Assembly (NCBI RefSeq): GCF_030028105.1
Contig: NC_092387.1
Location: 52,585,590 to 52,649,589, forward strand
Reading direction: 5' to 3'
Length of the DNA: 64,000 nt
Source: Mobula birostris
Lineage: Eukaryota
Shown here: positions 39,331 through 52,336 of the stretch, piece by piece
Numbering within the stretch: position 1 is the stretch's first letter
How the letters are laid out: every line of letters starts with the position of its first letter
Made by a program: the position numbers and the translations under genes
Notes under the pieces: model-generated
What the model was told of the DNA's origin: nothing
What the model saw: only the letters and a program-made list of their open reading frames with translations
Databases searched by the model: none

Positions 39331-40069
39331 GAGATGCTTCTTAAGCGTTGTGAGAGTATTTGCCTTCACCAACACTCCTGGCATCATATTCCAGACTCTC
39401 TATGAAATAGTTATGCCTCAGATGCCCTCTAAACCTTTCACCTTATAGCTTTGCCCTTTTGTTTTCGACAAGTGGGGAAAAGATTTTTACCATCCCCTCT
39501 TAATTTCGTACAGTATGTGTGCCAAAAGTGAATTCCAACTATCTTCAGCTAGAGGTGCTGAGCGGAGTTTCCATCATGAAACAGGCCCAACTCACTTTTC
39601 TAAGCTAATGGCATTGGTCTATGATGGATCCATATCTCTCCATCCTATCCACGTACCTGTCCAAATTAGATGTTCTGTACATAATTTACTACTAGAAACT
39701 ACTGCATTCACTTGATACTGCAAAGTCTGGGGAAATTGACTGCTGTCTTCGCTACTTTGAAGCTTAGAACCTTTTTACAACAATGGCATCAAAGTAATAG
39801 AGTAAGGAATTGTTTAGGTAGGTCTTGTTCACAGAGACAATACAAACAGGCTAAGTATTGCTTTATCATTTGATACTCAGTGTTCCGCAGGCATGACAAC
39901 GACCCTTCCTCCTCAATAAGCTGTTCAGTTTTAGAGTCATACAGCATGGAAAAAGGCCGCTTGGCCCAACGTCCATGCCAACCAAGATGCCATCTAAGCT
40001 AGTCCCATTTGTCTACACTTGACCCATATCCCTTCTAATTATCTTTTTCACTGCCTGTGATATGCCCTT

Positions 40070-41765
40070 GAAATGTTCACGGACATCTTCAGTCTCTCAC
40101 TGCTGGAGTTGGACGTTCCCACCTGCTTCAAAAGGACAACAATCGTGCCAGTGCCCAAGACGAGCAGAGTGAGCTGCCTCAATGACTATTGCTCAGCGGC
40201 ACTTACATCTACTGTGATGAAGTGCTTTGAGAGGTTGGTCATGGCTAGAATCAACTCCTGCATGGAATGGGCCTGCTGCAATTTGGCTAATGCCACATAG
40301 GCCCACAATGTCTGCAATTTTACTGGTACTCCACTTGGCCTTGAATCACCTGGACAATTAGTAATACTTACGTCAGTTTGCTGTTTACTGACTACAGGTC
40401 AGCATACAACACAATCATACCCTCAGTTCTAATCAACTGGCTCCAAAACCTAGGCCTCTGTACATCCCTGTGCAAATGGATCCTTGACTATGTCACCGGG
40501 AGACCACAGTCTGTGCAGATCGGAAGTAACACCTCCTCCTTGCCAACAATCAACACTGGCGCACCTCAAGGATGTGTGCTTAGTTAGATTACTGCTCTAC
40601 TCTCTCTACACCCATGTTGGTGTGGCTAGGCATAGTTCAAATGCTATCTATAAATATGCTGAAGACAGAACTTCCAGATGGTGATGAGGAGGCATACAGG
40701 AGTGACAACAGAAGTTGAGATGGTGATAAGGGGGTGTACAGGGACGAGGCAAATCAGCTGGTTGAGTGGTGTTGCAGTAACAAACTTGTACTCAGCATGA
40801 CCAAAGAATTGATTGTGGACTTCAGGAAGGGGAAAGTCAAGGAAATACACTCCAGTCCTCATCAAGGGATCAGCAGTGGAAAGAGTGAGCAGTATCAATT
40901 CTCTGAGTGTCAACATCTGTGAGTATCTACCCTGGACCCAACGTATTGATGCAAATACAATGAAGACATGACAGCAGCTAAAATTTTGTTAGGAGATTGA
41001 GGAGACTTGGTATGTCACTGAAGACACTCGCAAATTTCTACAGATACACCACGTAGACCATTCTAATCAGTTGCATCACTGTCTGGTATGGAGGGGCCAC
41101 TGCACAGGATTGGAAAAAGCTGCAGAAAGTTGTAAACTCACCCACGGAAACTAGAGTCCCCAGCATCAAGGGCAATTCAGAAGGCGATGCCTCAGAAATG
41201 CAGCACCCATCATTAAGGACCCCCATCACCCAGGACATGCCATCATCGTGTGGATAGTCAGAGGCTTTTTCCCCAGGGCTGAAATGGCTAGCACGAGAGG
41301 GCATCGTTTTAAGGTGCTTGGAATTAGGTACAAAAGAGATGTCAGGGGTAAGCTTTATACGCAGAGAGTGGTGAGTGCATGGAATGGGCTGCCGGCAGCG
41401 GTGGTGGAGGCGGAAATGATAGGGTCTTTTAAGAGACCCCTGGACAGATACATGGAGCTTAGAAAAATAGAGGGCTCTGGGGAAGCCTAGGTAGTTCGAT
41501 TGTAAGGATATGTTCGGCACAGCTTTGTGGGCCAAAGGGCCCATATTATGCTATGTTTCTATGTTTCTGATTGCTACAATCAAGGAGGATATACAGGAAC
41601 TGACGACACACTCAAGTGTTTTAAGAACAGCTTCTTCCCCTCTGGCATCTGATTTCTGAGTGGACGATGAACTCATGAATACTACCTCAGGATTTTTTCC
41701 TTCTCTTTAGCATGACTTATTTAATTTTTTCTATGTATACTTTTTATTGTCATTTATAGTTTTTT
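40070..41765 (+). mobile_element. Rex1/Babar RT and 3' end with nested CR1 fragment (41248-41567)
   Basis: [41 protein letters not shown]; [12 protein letters not shown]...[11 protein letters not shown]. Confidence 0.88.
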
Positions 41766-41771
41766 ATTATG

Positions 41772-42303
41772 TGTGAAGTTTTGGTCTCCAAATTTGAGGA
41801 AGGACATTCTTGCTATTGAGGGAGTGCAGTGTAGGTTCACGAGGTTAATTCCCGGGATGGCGGGACTGTCATATGTTGAAAGATTGGAGTGACTGGGCTT
41901 GTATACACTGGAATTTAGGAGGCTGAGAGGGGATTTTATTGAAACATTAAGGGATTGGACACGCTGGAGGCAGGAAGCATGTTCCCGCTGATGGGTGAGT
42001 CCAGAACCAGAGGCCACAGTTTAAGAATAAGGGGTAGGCCATTTGGAACGGAGTTGAGGAAAAACTTTTTCACCCAGAGAGTGGTGGATGTATGGAATGC
42101 TCTGCCCCGGAAGGCTGTGGAGGCCAAGTCTCTGGATGCTTTCAAGAAAGAGATGGATAGAGCTCTTAAAGACAGTGGAATCAAAGGTTATGGGGATAAG
42201 GCAGGAACTGGATACTGATTGTGGATGATCAACCGTGATCACAGTGAATGGCGATGCTGGCTTGAAGGGCCGAATGGCCTACTCCTGCAGCTATTGTCTA
42301 TTG
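41772..42303 (+). mobile_element. Young CR1 3' fragment
   Basis: SRTRGHSLRIRGRPFGTELRKNFFTQRVVDVWNALP; (tattgtc)n tail. Confidence 0.88.
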
Positions 42304-42689
42304 TAATGCAAAATACTGCTGCTGCAAGGCCACAAATTTCATGGCATATGCCAATGATATTAAACCTGATTCTAATTCTGATACTGATACTTTAGATTCA
42401 TCTGCAAGATTACTAACCATGCCTCGTATATTCTCATCCAAATAGGTGGCAAATAATTATGACCCCTGAGGCACACCACTGGTCACAGTCCTCCAGTCCC
42501 AATTTAGAGTGAAACTAAACTGTTGGAAGAACTTATCAGGTCAAATAGTATTTGTATAGGCGAAGGGGAGATGGACATTTTGGATCAAGACCCTGCTTAC
42601 TTTGGATCTTGTGGGACCATTTGCCTGCAGACAAACACAGGTGGGAAAGATGAATTGTAGAGGCAAAGCAAGAGTGGTGTGCTTGTAAT

Positions 42690-43180
42690 CAAGGCATTCT
42701 TGGAATATTGTGAGCAGTTTGGTGCTCCATTTTTTAAAAGAAAGATGTGCTGGCATTGGAGTGGGTCGAGAAGGGGTTCACGAAAATGATCCTGGAAATG
42801 AAAGGGTTAACATATGAGCGCGTTTGATGGCGCTGGGCCTGTCCTCATTAGAGTTTAAAAGAATGGGGGGGGGGGGATCTCATTGAAACCTGCTGAATAT
42901 TGAAAAGTCTAAGAAGAGTGGACGTGGAAAGGATGTTTCCAAAAGTGGGAGAGTCTAGGACCAGAGTGCACAGCCTCAGAATAGTAAGATGAGCCTTTAG
43001 AACAGAGATGAGGAGGGATTTCTTTATCTAGAGGGTGGTGAATCTGTGGAATTCATTGCCACAGATGGCTGTGGAGGGCAAGCCAATGGGTACACTTAAA
43101 GCAAAGCCTGATAGGTTCTTGATTAGTCAGGGCATCAAACGTTATGAGGTGAAAGCAGGAGAGTGGGGTTGAGAAGGAAA
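42690..43180 (+). mobile_element. CR1 3' fragment
   Basis: gaatattgtgagcagttttgg...agagggtggtgaatctgtggaattcattgcc. Confidence 0.8.
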
Positions 43181-44706
43181 GCAAACCATCAAGGACATCT
43201 TCAGAAGGCAATGCCTCAAGGAGGTGACATCCACCATTAAAGTCCCTCACTATCCAGGATATGCCGTCTTCTCATTACAACCATCTTCTCTAGGGTGAAC
43301 AGATAGATTTGCAGTTTTGTAAGAGTTAGGTTAGTGGATTAGGAATCAGACTTCAGGACTATTTGTCCTGAGTGATGAGTTCAAATCCCACTACCAGAAA
43401 CCTGAAGGCCCAAACTCAATGCTTTAAGAATAGCTTCTTCCCTTCCACCATCAGATTTCTAAACAATCCATAACTCATGAACACTGTTATTTGACTCCTG
43501 CGCTATTTATTTAACTTCCTAACATGTTATCTCTTGCTTTGTACTGCTGCTGCAAACCAACAGATTTCATGACATATGCCAGTGATAATACACCCGAGTC
43601 TGATTAATTCAAAATTCCTCAGAAAATGTTTGCATGTAATATGAACGAATATACATTCCTTGTATGTTATGGGGTGGTACAACACTTTCCAGTACCAGCG
43701 ACCCAGGTTCAATTCCCGCCGCTGCCTGTAAGTTCTCCCCATGACCATGTGGGTTTCCTCCGGGTGCTCCGATTTTGCCCACAGATGTAGCGGTTGGTAA
43801 GTTAATCAGTCATTGTAAATTTTCCATGATCAGGCTATGGTTAAATCAGAGGTTACTGGGCGACATGTCTTAAAGAGCCAGAAGGGCCTATCTCAATAAA
43901 TAACAGCCATTACAGTCCAACATATGACCAAATCCAACAAGAGAGAGAGACTGACTGCTGAACAAGATACAGAACGGCATCATCATCTCCAGCTCTCCAC
44001 CATCAACAATCTGAAGTCACCATTGATAGGTAACTTGAATAAACCAGTTACCTAAAACCATGAGCAGGGCAGGAGCTGAATATTCAGCGGCAAGTGTTAC
44101 ACCTCCTGACTCCTCAATGTCTTTTAGCCACCTACCAAGAGCGTGATGCCATTTTAGTCATTTGCCTGGATTAGGACAGCTCTAACAATACCCAAGAAGT
44201 TCACCACCAGCTGGAACAACACATCCACCACCTTAAGCATTCATTCCCGCCGCCAATGCACCGGCCACACAATGCTTTGTAGTTAGTCACCCAGGTTATT
44301 CTAACCCCACCTTCCAAATCTACAATGTCTACCAGCAAGATGAACAAAGCAGTGGAAATATGGGAACATAACAATCAGTGTTTCCCTTTTGAGTCTGCAG
44401 AAGGACCTTGGCAGTTCTGGACCACAACCTTCTCTAGGGTCAACAGAGATGGGTTTGCAGTTGTGTAAGAGTTAAGTTACTCCACAAGTAATCAGATTTT
44501 AGGACCATTCATCCAGAGTCATGAGATCAAATCCCTCTAAAGGAGCTGGGAAATTAAAATTTACGTAAGCAAAATGTGGAAATGAAATAGCAGGAACGAG
44601 GAAACAAATTGAGTGTAGCAAAAACCCATCTGGGTCACTGATGCATTTCAGTAAAGCTGAGCTTGTCAAGATTCAACCGTAAGCTTTCTTAAGAAAATGA
44701 AAGAAT

Positions 44707-44859
44707 NNNNNNNNNNNNNNNNNNNNNNNNNNNNNNNNNNNNNNNNNNNNNNNNNNNNNNNNNNNNNNNNNNNNNNNNNNNNNNNNNNNNNNNNNNNNNN
44801 NNNNNNNNNNNNNNNNNNNNNNNNNNNNNNNNNNNNNNNNNNNNNNNNNNNNNNNNNNN
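44707..44859. other. Assembly gap (N run)
   Basis: Run of n. Confidence 0.99.
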
Positions 44860-45669
44860 GTGGTTAAGGCATTGGACTAGCAACCTGAAGGTCGTGAGTT
44901 CGAGCCCCAGCCGAGGCAACATGTGCTGTGTCCTTGACCAAGGCACTTAATCGCACATTGCTCTGCGACGACACTGGGTGCCAAGCGGCACGGGTCCTAA
45001 TGCCCTTCCCTTGGACAACATTGGTGTCATGGAGAGGGGAGACTTGCAGTGTAGTTGACTCCTAACCTTCTTTTAAGTATGGTGGTACGGCAGTTAGTGT
45101 CATCAGCCTGGATTCTACCTGTCTGTGTAGAGTTGGCACCTTCTCCCAAACTTTGTGGTTACCCCCAAATGCTCTCTTTTCCTCCCACTTCTCATGGATG
45201 TGTTGGATGTTGGGTTAATTGTCTGCTGTAACTTTGCATCAGAATATGTATTGACACTTGCAGGCTTCTCTCAGCACATCCTCAGATTGTGTTGATTGTT
45301 AACACAAACAAAGCACTACTTGTTCCAATGTACCTGTAATCTAATCTAATCTAACCTAATACATAAATCTAAAATAATCATTCTGGTGAACCTTTTCTGC
45401 ACCCCCTCCAAAACCTCCACATCCTTCCTGTACCGGGGTGAACAGAACGGTATACAATACTCCAAGTGTGGCCTAACCAAACTTTTATGCAGCTACCCAC
45501 TTTTGTACTCAGTACTCCAACCAGTGAAAGCAAGTGTGCTCTATGCTTTCCTTACCAACCTATTTACTTCTGTATCACAAATATCACAACCTATCACAAA
45601 CTGGAAACACATGCCCAAATTTTGAAGAAGCCCAGCAGCACCATCTGCAGTTATCGTACACAAGACCGT

Positions 45670-48080
45670 ATGAACATAAGATACAGAAGCAAGAAGAGGC
45701 CATTTGGCCCATCGAGTCTGCTCCGCTACTTTGTCATGGCTGATCCATTTCCCTCTCAGCCCCAGTCTCTTGCCTTCTCCCTCTATCTCTTCATGCCCTG
45801 ACTAATCAAGAATCTATCAACCTTGGTCTTAAATATACCCAATGACTTGGCCTCCACAGCTGCCTGTAGCAAAGAATTCCACAGATTCACCACTCTGGCC
45901 GGATTAATTCCTCCCCATCTCCATCCTACGTGGACTTCCCTCTATTATGAGGATGTGTCCTTGGGTCTTAGACCCCCCTGCTATTGGAAACATCCTCTCC
46001 ACATCCACTCTATCAAGGCCTTTCAACATTCAATATGTTTCAATAAGATTCCTCCCCCCCTTCCTATGAATTCCAGTGAGCACAGGCCCAGAACCATCAA
46101 ATGCTCCTCATATGATAAGCCTTTCAATCCGGGAATCTTTTCATGGACATCCTTTGAACCTTCTCTAATGTCAACACTTACTTTCTTAGATAAGGAACCC
46201 TAAATTGCTCACAATACTCCAAGCGAGGCCTCACCAGTTCCTTAAAAAGCCTCAGCATTACAACCTTGCTTTTATATTCTAGTCCTCTCAAAATAAATGC
46301 TAATATTTAATTTACCTTCCTCACCACCGACTCAAATCTGCAAATTAACCTTTAGGGAATCCTGCACAAGGACTTCCAAGTCCCTTTGCACATCAGATTC
46401 TTGAATTTTCACTCCATCTAGAAAATAGTCTATACTTTTGTTCCTATTACCTAAGTGCATGATCCGATACTGTTTTCAATATGCCACTTCTTTGCTCATT
46501 TTCCTAATCTGTCTAAGTCTTCCTGTACCCTCTCTGCTTCCTCAGCACAAACTGCCCCTTCACCTATATTAATATCATCCACAAACTTGGCTACAAAGCC
46601 ATCAATTCCATCATCCAAATCATTACCATATAACGTAAAAAGAAGTGCTCCCAAAGCAGAAGTTGTGGAACACTAATCACCAGCAGCCAACCAGAAATGG
46701 CTCCCTTTATTGCCACTCCTCGCCTCCTGCCAATCAGCCAATGCTCTATCCATGATAGTATCTTTACTGTAATAGCATGGGCTCTTACGTTGTTATGCAG
46801 CCTCATGTGTATCATCTTATCAAAGGCCTTCTGAAAATCCAAGTATACACCATCAACTGATTCTCGCTTGTCTATCCTACATGCTGTTTCTTCAAAGAAT
46901 TCCAACGTATTTGTCAGGTTAGATTTTCCCTTTAGGAAACCATGCAGACTTTGCCCTCCAGTACCCCGAAACCACATTCTTAACAATCAACTCTAACATC
47001 TTCCTAAGCACTAAGGTCAGACTAACTGGCCTTAAGTTTCCTTTCTTCTTCCTCTCTCCTTTCTTGAAGAGTGGAATGACATTTGCAATTTTCCATTCCT
47101 CTGGAACCATGCCAGGATCCATTGATTCTTGAAAGAACATTACTAAAGCCTCCACAATCTCATCTGCCACCTCTTTCAGAACCCTGAGGTCTGGACCATC
47201 TGGTCCAGGTGACTTATCTACCTTCAGACTTTTCAGTTTCCCAAGCAACCTCTCCTTAGTAATGGCAACTTAACTCACTTCTGCCCTGACACTCTCGAAC
47301 TTCCTGCATACTGCTAGCATCTTCCACAGTGAAGACTAATGCAATATACTTATTCAGTTCATCCGCCATTTCCTTGCCCTTCATTACTACCTCTCCAGCA
47401 TTATTTTCCAGTACTCTGATACCTGTATCTACTCTCACCTCTCTTTTATACCTCACATGTCTGAAGAAACTTTCAGTATTCTCTTTAATATTTTTGGCTA
47501 GCTTACCTTTATATTCTATCTTTTCCTTTTTATGACCTTTTAGTTGCCTTCTGTTGTTTTTTAAAAGCTTCCCACTAATTTTTGTTTCGTTTTTATGTTG
47601 GCTTTGACTTCTCTTGTTGGCCACGGTTGCATCATCCTGCCTTTAGAATTCTTCTTCTCCTTTGCGGTTTATCTATCCTGCATCTTCCAAATTGCTTCGA
47701 GAAGCTCCAGCCATTGATATTCTGCCGTCATCCCTGCTAGTGTTCCTTTTCAATCAATTTTGGCCAGTTCCTCTCTCGTGCTTCTGTAATTCTGTTTACT
47801 CCACTTTAATACTGATACAGCTGGCTTTTCCTTCTTAAATTGCAGGGTGAATTTGATCATATTATGATCAATTACCGCTAAAAATTCCTTCACCTTAAGC
47901 TCTCTCATCATTTCTGGTTCATTGCACAACACCCAACCCAGAATAACTGATTCCCCAGTGGGTTCAACCATGAGCTGCTCTAAAAAGCTATCTCATAGGA
48001 AATGTAAAAATTCCCTCTCTTGGGATCCAGCACCAACCTGATTTTTCCAATCTACCTGCATATTGAAATCCCCTATGACT
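45670..48080 (-). mobile_element. CR1 LINE ORF2 (end of EN, RT, 3' UTR), degenerate
   Basis: LKVDKSPGPDG..RVLKEVA...WKIANVIPLFKKG...RPVSLT; HGFLKGKSNLTNTLEFFE...VYLDFQKAFDK. Confidence 0.92.
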
Positions 48081-48845
48081 ATATACAGTACTGTTGTTGC
48101 TATGTTACTTTATCAATACTCCATCTAAATTTAGATTTTGCAAACCAGACTTGCAACTCTGTAGCCTTTCTCAGAAGATTTCCAGATCATCTGCAGCTAT
48201 TATTTCAGGACAAGAAACAACTATTTTGTGTGCACAGTAACAAACAAAGAATGCTGAAAGAACTCAGAAGGTCAGGCAGCATCCATGGAAAGGAATAAAG
48301 AGTTGACCTTTTGTGTACATAACTCTGAATTTCCAGCACCTGCAGAACCTGTTGTGCGTCTACTTTGTGTGCACGGAAAGCTCCCACAAACAGCAATACG
48401 ACCATATCCAAATAATCAGATATGTAGATAGGGATTGAAGGATAAATATTGGCCCCAGAACACTGGAGAATAATGCCTGCTCTTCTAAAATTCATGCTGT
48501 GGCATCCTCTATATCAGCTTCTACGGCCTCAGCTTAAAACCAGTCTCCTCTAAATTGACTCCATCTACATTTCCCGCTGCCTCAGGAAAGCAGCCAACAT
48601 AACTAAGGACCCCTCCGATTCTGGTCATTCTCTCTTCTCCCCCCTTCCATCGGGCAGAAGATACAAAGGATTGAGGGCACGTATCACCAAACTTGGGGCT
48701 AGTTTCTACCCGACTGTTATCAGACACTTGATCAAATCACTGATACATTAAAGATAAAATTCCTGATCTTCCAATCTACATTTTTGTGGCCTTTGCACTT
48801 TATTTGCTTACCTGTACTGGACAGTTTGTTGTAGCTGCTACTTCA

Positions 48846-49706
48846 CACTCAGTGCCCATTTTGTTAACTACCTCCTGTACCTAATAAAGTGGCCACTGAG
48901 TGAAAGTTCATGGTTTTCTGCTGCTGCAGCCTATTCACTTCAAGGTTTGATATGTTGTGCATTCAGCAATGCTCTTCTGCACAAAACTGTTGTAACACGT
49001 GGTTATTTGAGTTACGGTTGTCTTTCCATCAGCTTGAACCAGCCTGGCCATTTTCCTCTGACGTCTCTCATTAGTAAGGCACGTCCATCCACAGAACTGC
49101 CACTTGCTGGATGTCTTTATTTGGGTTTTCTCACCATTCTCTGTAAACTCTAGAGACTGTTATGTGTGAAAACCCTAGGAGATGAACAGCTTCTGAGATA
49201 CTCAAACCACCCCTTCTGGCACCAACAATCATTCCATGGTCAAAGTCACTCTGATCACATTTCTTCCCCATTCTCATATTTGGTATGAAAAACAACTGAA
49301 TCTTCTGACCATGCCTGCATGTTTTTATGCATTGAGTTATTTAATTATTCATTTTGAGATACAATGCAGAACAGGCCCTTCTGGCCCAGTGCAAAGCAAC
49401 CCACCTATTTAACCCTAGCCTAATCACAGGGCAATTTACAATGACTAATTAACTACCTAACCAGCAATGTGGGAGGAAACCAGAGCACCTGGAAGAAACC
49501 CATGCGTTCACGGGGTGGACGTACAAGATCCTTATAGATGGTGTTGGAGTTGAACTCTGAACTCCGATGCCCCAAGCTGTAATAGCACGGTGCTAACCAC
49601 AGCTCTACCATGATGCCCCAAAGAATGTTGCAGCCACATGATTTGCTAATTAGATATTTGCATTAACAAGGTGTAAAAGCGCACCTAATAAAGTGGGCAT
49701 TGAGTG
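48846..49706 (-). mobile_element. Deleted Tc1 element with nested V-SINE (49340-49620)
   Basis: TIRs cactcagtgccca / aataaagtgggcattgagtg; internal third TIR at 48882-48902. Confidence 0.85.
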
Positions 49707-50615
49707 ATTATTCAGCATTCCCTTTTCTTTTATTACCTCGGTGTATTTATATGTGGTACAATTTGATATGGTAGGCTCATAGCACAGAAGTTAGCACAAC
49801 TGATTTACACACCAACAATCACTGATTGGGGTTTGATTTATACCAGTGTCTAGAAGAAGTTTGTATGTTTTCCCCATGACTGTGTGGGTTTCCTCTGGGT
49901 GCTCGGGTTTCCTCCCTTATTCCAAAGGCATATAGGTTAGGGTTAGTAAATTGTAGGCATGCTACTAGAAGCATGGTGACACTTGTGGTCTGTACCCAGC
50001 ATAATCCTCGCCGATTTGATTTGACGCAACAGATGCACTCCATTGTTTGAATGTACAGGTGACAAATAAAGTGTATCTTTTCTCTTTGATCTGACTGGAT
50101 GGCACTGAAAAAAAAAAGCTTTTCAATGTATCTCAGTAACCATATAACCATATAACAATTACAGCACGGAAACAGGCCATCTCGGCCTTTCTAGTCTGTA
50201 CCGAACGCTTACTCTCACCTAGTCCCATCTACCTGCACTCAGCCCATAACCCTCAATTCCTTTCCTGTCCATATACCTATCCAATTTTTTTTTTAAATAA
50301 CAAAATTGAACCTGCCTCAACCACTTCTACTGGAAGCTCATGCCACACAGCTACCACTCTCTGAGTAAAGATGTTCCCCCTCGTGTTACCCCTAAACTTT
50401 TGCCCCTTAACTCTCAACTCATGTCCTCTTGTTTGACTCTCCCCTACTCTCAATGGAAAAAGCCTATCCACATCAACTCTATCTATCCCCCTCATAATTT
50501 TAAATATTTCTATCAAGTCCCCCCTCAACCTTCTATGCTCCAAAGAATAAAGACCTAACTTGTTCAGCCTTTCTCTGTAACTTAGGTGCTGAAACCCAGA
50601 TAACATTCTAGTAAA

Positions 50616-52336
50616 CATAAGGAATTCTGCAGATGCTGGAAATTCAAGCAACACACATCAAAGTTGCTGGTGAACGCAGCAGGCTGGGCAGCATCTCTAG
50701 GAAGGGGTACAGTCGATGTTTCAGGCTGAGACCCTTCGCCAGGACTAACTGAAGGAAGAGCTAGTAAGAGATTTGAAAGTGGGAGGGGGAGGGGGAGATT
50801 CAAAATGATAGAAGACAGGAGGGGGAGGGATGGAGCCAAGAGCTGGGCAGGTGATTGGCAAAAGGGATATGAGAGGATCATGGGACAGGAGGTCCGGGAA
50901 GAAGGAAAAGGGGGAGGGGGGGAAAACACAGAGGATGGGCACCCCCCCTTTCTAGACCATTTCTGACACCTCCCTCCCCTTTCTAGACCATTTCTGACAC
51001 CTCCCTCCCCTTTCTAGATCTTTCTGTCTCTATCTCTGGAGACAGCTTATCTACTGATATCTACTATAAGCCTACTGACTCTCACAGCTATCTGGACTAT
51101 TCCTCTTCTCACCTGTCTCTTGCAAAAACGCCATCCCCTACTGACAATTTCTCCGTCTCCGCCGCATCTGTTCTCAGGATGAGGCTTTTCATTCTAGGAC
51201 GAGGGAGGTGCCTTCCTTTTTTAAAGAAAGGGGCTTCCCTTCCTCCACCATCAACTCTGCTCTCAAACGCATCTCCCCCATTTCACACACATCTGCTCTC
51301 ACTCCATCCTCCCGTCACCCCACTAGGAATAGGGTTCCCCTGGTCCTCACCTACCACTCCACCAGCCTGCGGGTCCAACATATTATTCTCCGTAACTTCC
51401 GCCACCTCCAACGGGATCCCACCACTAAGCATATCTTTCCCTCCCCACTTCCCTTTGCTTTCCGCAGGGATCGCTCCCTATGCGACTCCCTTGTCCATTC
51501 GTCCCCCCCATCCCTCCCCACTGATCTCCCTCCTGGCACTTATCCTTGTAAGCGGAACAAGTGCTACAGATGCCCTTACACTTCCTCCCTTACCACCATT
51601 CAGGGCCCCAGACAGTCCTTCCAGGTGAGGCGACACTGCACCTGTGAGTCGGCTGGTGTGATATACTGTGTCCAGTGCTTCCGATGTGTCCTTCTATATA
51701 TTGGCGAGACCCGACACAGACTGGAAGATCGTTTTGCTGAACACCTATGCTCTGTCCGCCAGAGAAAGTAGGATCTCCTAGTGGCCACACATTTTATTTC
51801 CACATCCCATTCCCATTCTGACATGTCTATCCACGGCCTCCTCTACTGTAAAAATGAAGCCACTCTCAGGTTGGAGGAACACCTTATATTCTGTCTGGGT
51901 AGCCTCCAACCTGAAGGCATGAACATTGACTTCTCTAACTTCCGCTAATGTCCCACCTCCCCCTCGTACCCCATCCGTAATTTATACACACATTCTTTCT
52001 CTCACTCTCCTTTTTCTCCCTCTGTCCCTCTGACTATACCCCTTGCCCATCCTCAGGGTTCCCCCCCGCCTTTTCCTTCTCCTTGGGCCTCCCGTCCAAC
52101 GATCCTCTCATATCCCTTTTGCCAATCACCTGTCCAGCTCTTGGCTCCATCTCTCCCCCTCCTGTCTTCTCCTATCATTTTGGATCTCCCCCTCCCCCTC
52201 CCACTTTCAAATCTCTTACTAGCTCTTCCTTCAGTTAATCCTGACGAAGGGTCTCGGCCTGAAATGTCGACTGTACCTCTTCCTAGAGATGCTGCCTGGC
52301 CTGCTGCGTTCACCAGCAATTTTGATGTGTGTTGCT
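50616..52336 (+). mobile_element. 5'-truncated Penelope-like element (Neptune-type) with inverted terminal repeat
   Basis: 15-bp TSD taacattctagtaaa (50601-50615 / 52337-52351); inverted repeat 50616-50940 vs 52020-52336; ORF remnant between. Confidence 0.92.
51005..51948 (+). pseudogene. PLE ORF remnant: RT C-terminus, Cys-rich linker, GIY-YIG endonuclease
   Basis: PFLDL..YYKPTDSHSYLDY; CKRNKCYRC; VIYCVQC..C..LYIGET..RL..RF.EH; LQPEGMN; carries stops and frameshifts. Confidence 0.9.
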
